A DNA stretch of 64,000 nucleotides from Candidatus Latescibacterota bacterium (lineage in GTDB: Bacteria > Latescibacterota > CBDEFO01): the NCBI GenBank assembly GCA_965248755.1, contig OZ252149.1, forward strand, positions 4,416,001 through 4,480,000, given 5' to 3'. How positions within the stretch are numbered: position 1 is the stretch's first letter; the number at the start of each line of letters is the position of its first letter. Positions 61,228 through 64,000 of this stretch are shown one piece after another. The notes below the pieces were generated by a model. That model did not search any database. It had not been told where the DNA came from and saw only the letters and a program-made list of their open reading frames with translations. A program made the position numbers and the translations under genes.

Positions 61228-61416
61228 GTGACTAAACAGGAGCGTTTGAAGCAGCATCGTTTAAGACTGGCCCGGTATCAGAGCATGCTCAAGGATGTGG
61301 ATAATCTGATCCAAAATCTGAGGCAGGACAGAGAGTTTTTACAAGAGCAGATCGAATCGGAAGAGGAGTCAATAGATAGGTTAGTTGAAGAACTCGTTCA
61401 GACGGCCAGCAGTTAG
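61228..61416 (+). CDS. Small coiled-coil hypothetical protein
   Basis: GAGGG RBS, heptad pattern. Confidence 0.6.
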   Translation: MTKQERLKQHRLRLARYQSMLKDVDNLIQNLRQDREFLQEQIESEEESIDRLVEELVQTASS

Positions 61417-61592
61417 CAGATCCGCCAATTGTTTATGCCATTTTGACTGATGTAGCTGTCGTATCAACAGCAAGTATGTAATAATGGCAGTAACATCGGA
61501 TTTCTGTGGTCTCCCTTCTCCGCTCTCTATATCTTTACTTAAGATCACTATACACAAATAGTTATTAAAACAAAATAACACCTCCTGTTCTT

Positions 61593-61609
61593 TTGGCACG
61601 AGACTTGCA
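61593..61609 (+). promoter_or_regulatory. Sigma54 (-24/-12) promoter upstream of hsp20
   Basis: TTGGCACGAGACTTGCA = TGGCAC-N5-TTGCA consensus. Confidence 0.8.
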
Positions 61610-61697
61610 TGTATAAAAGCACGGAAGCAGGTTAAGAAAGAAACTCGGAAGTTGAAACGAACAACGGATTTGAGGTACTTAACAGGAGGTGTTAAAA

Positions 61698-62150
61698 ATG
61701 GCATTAGTAAAGTGGCATCCTTTGAGCAGGTTGTCAGTCTTCGACAATCTCTTCAGAGCCAATTTTGACGACTTCTTTGGCTTCAGGCTCCCATCAGTAT
61801 CCAGAGATAGCTTCTCAGGGAGCTCGGAACCGAGGGTTGATATAAAAGAGACCAATGATGAGATCACAATATCAGCCGAGCTTCCGGGGATTGACCGGAA
61901 GGACATAAAGGTCGAGGTTAAGGACAATGTCCTTTCGATAAGTGGAGAAAAGAAGGCCGAAAGCGAGGATGAAGGCGAGGGCTACTACCGCAGGGAGAGC
62001 AACTACGGGAAGTTCTACAGAGCATTCAGGATCCCTGAGGGGATAGATGTCGAGAAATCTCAGTCCAAGTTCAAGGACGGCGTTTTGATAATCAGTCTGA
62101 CCAAGCCTGAGGAAGTAAAGCCTAAGGCGATAGAGATCAAGGTTGAATAA
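61698..62150 (+). CDS. Hsp20/alpha-crystallin small heat shock protein
   Basis: PRVDIKE, AELPG, YGKFYRAF, DGVL; AGGAGG RBS. Confidence 0.95.
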   Translation: MALVKWHPLSRLSVFDNLFRANFDDFFGFRLPSVSRDSFSGSSEPRVDIKETNDEITISAELPGIDRKDIKVEVKDNVLSISGEKKAESEDEGEGYYRRESNYGKFYRAFRIPEGIDVEKSQSKFKDGVLIISLTKPEEVKPKAIEIKVE

Positions 62151-62168
62151 CCCGTAAGCTGTAAGTTT

Positions 62169-62207
62169 AAGGCTCCTCTCCTGGGAAACCGGGAGGGGAG
62201 CCTTTTT
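62169..62207 (+). terminator. Intrinsic terminator after hsp20
   Basis: AAGGCTCCTCTCCTGG-GAAA-CCGGGAGGGGAGCC-TTTTT. Confidence 0.9.
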
Positions 62208-62228
62208 ATATGCCGCTTGTTGAGTATC

Positions 62229-62927
62229 TCAGCAGTTCTTTGCGCATCTGAAGCCGAAGTCGCTGAATCTATGGGAGGGATCTAAACTGCTGCGGGCGGC
62301 GCATCGGCTGATTTTTATTTCGTGGCGCCAGGAGCCTCCTTTGGCTACGCGCCGGGCTGCTGTATCGGGGCCTCTCGGATTGCACTCTGGAGAATATTGG
62401 AAGTAGTGGGGATCGTACCAGTCATAGCACCATTCGTGTACGCCGTCGTCCATGTTGTAGAGACCGTAGTTGTTAGGTTCTCCTGTTGCAACGGGTTTGA
62501 GCTCTTCCTGGCGCCCCAAGCCATAATAATCCTCATCCGAAGGTCTTTCATCTCCCCAGGGGTAATCTTTACCTTCCAATCCGCCTCTTGAGGCCTTTTC
62601 TCTCTCGGCTTCTGTGGGCAATCTGTACTCGTCTCCTGTCAACTGGATAAGCCATTTGCAGTAGGCGACAGCGTCGTACCAGCTCGGTCCGACCGCGGGC
62701 TGATTGGGATCGCTGAATTTCTCCTCGTACCAGAAATCGGGTTCCTGATGTCCTGTGTCCTGTAGAAAGAAGGCATATTCTCTCCTGGTAACAGCGTGTA
62801 TCGCTATCCTGAAGTCATCTACCCAGACCCTCTGTACAGGTTTTTCATTGTCCCTTCCGTTGTGACTGCCCATCAGGAAATTGCCTTCGGGGATCACTAC
62901 AGTTTTAGGAACTATGAATTCAGGCAT
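62229..62927 (-). CDS. Formylglycine-generating enzyme (SUMF1/EgtB/PvdO) domain protein
   Basis: FLMGS, RLPTEAE, YPWG, GLYNM, EWC, KGGSW, GFRC. Confidence 0.9.
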   Translation of the reverse strand: MPEFIVPKTVVIPEGNFLMGSHNGRDNEKPVQRVWVDDFRIAIHAVTRREYAFFLQDTGHQEPDFWYEEKFSDPNQPAVGPSWYDAVAYCKWLIQLTGDEYRLPTEAEREKASRGGLEGKDYPWGDERPSDEDYYGLGRQEELKPVATGEPNNYGLYNMDDGVHEWCYDWYDPHYFQYSPECNPRGPDTAARRVAKGGSWRHEIKISRCAARSSLDPSHRFSDFGFRCAKNC

Positions 62928-62932
62928 GTAAT

Positions 62933-63562
62933 TCAGAGAGGGAATATGAGTCCAAAGCTTATTACAAGTGTGTTCTTATCGCCGTCGGGTCTTACGAAAA
63001 TCCTACCTCTTGAGGGTAGAAAGCCTCCTATCTCTATGGATGATACGAAGTCTCTGATCTCTGCTCGTATGCCGATATGACGAGAGATAAGGAAGTTGAT
63101 TCCGCCTCCGAAGTTGAACGACAGTTCGCTTGTTGCATCGAGGTCTTCTATATCGGTGGTAGTCCCTCCTATGCCACCTGTGGTGAACGTGACGACGCGG
63201 CTGGACAAGATAAAATTGTAGGTCGCGTTTACGTGGTAGAGAAAGACTGTGGCATCAGCGTTGAGTTTTGAGACGGCCGTGTTTGTGGTCTCATTGATGA
63301 CGGTTCCTGTGAAAGATGGACGGCTCAATGCGAATCCCGCTTCAAAGGAGTAGCGTCGGGTTAGATAGTATCTGTAGATAGCTCCGAAGCTGCCAGAATC
63401 GTCAAAGCGTCTATCTTCGAACTGAAAAGTTCCGATAAGGGCGGAGACCTCCGATCTTCCGGGAGTTATCTGCGCTGAGCATATAGTGCAGGACGTAAAC
63501 AGTTTTAGAATAGCTAGAATGGTAGAGAATATGTAGGTTCTGTTTTTCAATGTCATATCCAA
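62933..63562 (-). CDS. Outer-membrane beta-barrel protein
   Basis: Signal peptide, alternating beta strands, NFGGG, IRAEIRD. Confidence 0.8.
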   Translation of the reverse strand: MDMTLKNRTYIFSTILAILKLFTSCTICSAQITPGRSEVSALIGTFQFEDRRFDDSGSFGAIYRYYLTRRYSFEAGFALSRPSFTGTVINETTNTAVSKLNADATVFLYHVNATYNFILSSRVVTFTTGGIGGTTTDIEDLDATSELSFNFGGGINFLISRHIGIRAEIRDFVSSIEIGGFLPSRGRIFVRPDGDKNTLVISFGLIFPL

Positions 63563-63698
63563 ATGTTGGGTAGTCTGAGGTCACCCAAGCACTTTGCCGG
63601 CCTATTGTCCCAATTTCCTTGCCTGTCAAAGATAGTTGCAGAAGCCTTGGTTGTCAACAATTTTCAAGATCTTCCGAGATGAAGTGGATCATTTTCTA

Positions 63699-63727
63699 TT
63701 GACAACGGTTACAGGCAATAGTATAAT
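63699..63727 (+). promoter_or_regulatory. Consensus sigma70 promoter
   Basis: TTGACA-17 nt-TATAAT (perfect); second AGGACA-17-TATAAT at 63735-63763. Confidence 0.75.
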
Positions 63728-63770
63728 ATGGTCAAGGACAATTGCTGATCCCAAAGATATAATGAAAATG

Positions 63771-63840
63771 TAAGGTGGAGTAGCTACAAACCTTGCGATA
63801 TACTGTTATCATCATGTTCAGAGCAGTAGACTAAGCCTTA
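63771..63840 (+). ncRNA. Candidate riboswitch aptamer (yybP-ykoY-like)
   Basis: TAAGG-TGGAGTAGC...TACTG..TCATCA..CAGTA...CCTTA; TAAGG/CCTTA closing stem. Confidence 0.35.
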
Positions 63841-63849
63841 AGATTCTGT

Positions 63850-63884
63850 TCCCGACTTTCCTTGTCGTTGAAGGTCGGGATTTT
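63850..63884 (+). terminator. Leader intrinsic terminator/attenuator
   Basis: TCCCGACTTTC-loop-GAAGGTCGGGA-TTTT. Confidence 0.65.
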
Positions 63885-63954
63885 CCCTTATATAGGGATA
63901 AATCGGCCTGTCATAACAGTGATTTGACCCCAGTCATTTGTCATTACAATTATT

Positions 63955-64000
63955 ATGGATATCGTTCTTAAAGCCGAACGTATAAGATGCGGTTACGGGG
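63955..64000 (+). CDS. N-terminus of probable ABC transporter ATP-binding protein (truncated by window end)
   Basis: MDIVLKAERIRCGYG matches the typical L.A..I..GY start. Confidence 0.55.
   Translation, partial: MDIVLKAERIRCGYG

Noticed and set aside
463..63629. Numerous nested or antisense ORFs in the six-frame track
   Set aside because: They overlap well-supported genes and lack motifs or RBS

Overview
Bacterial chromosomal segment, probably from an anaerobic diderm (outer-membrane beta-barrel, lipoproteins, Tat signal, RACo-type corrinoid activator); lineage cannot be assigned from sequence alone. 1-9 kb: tetrapyrrole and Mo/W-cofactor genes (cobA-hemD, two moeA), interrupted by a tandemly duplicated amidohydrolase, then a broken CoxM-like FAD subunit plus CoxS. 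9-22 kb: accessory patchwork with a repeat protein, a candidate structured RNA, an integrase-like remnant, glk, lepB, a circularly permuted TrxB-like/membrane-ferredoxin fusion, gnd-zwf and a HEPN-motif ORF. 22-28 kb: SDR, uppP, RACo, a lipoprotein DUF151, a decayed PRTase and dprA. 28-60 kb: a ~31 kb surface-polysaccharide locus headed by c-di-GMP enzymes and an ExeA-like ATPase. It carries a RiPP-like trio (PqqD/RRE, HPr-kinase-like, NTP_transf_5 nucleotidyltransferase) with no visible cyclase or precursor, and a Wzc kinase fused to SPOR-like domains. 60-64 kb: a sigma54-driven hsp20, an FGE-domain protein, an OM barrel and a candidate riboswitch leader. A family of self-nesting intergenic palindromic repeats occurs about 9 times. 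Several genes carry single nonsense or frameshift lesions. No rRNA, tRNA or CRISPR array was seen. All family assignments are by motif recognition, not database search.
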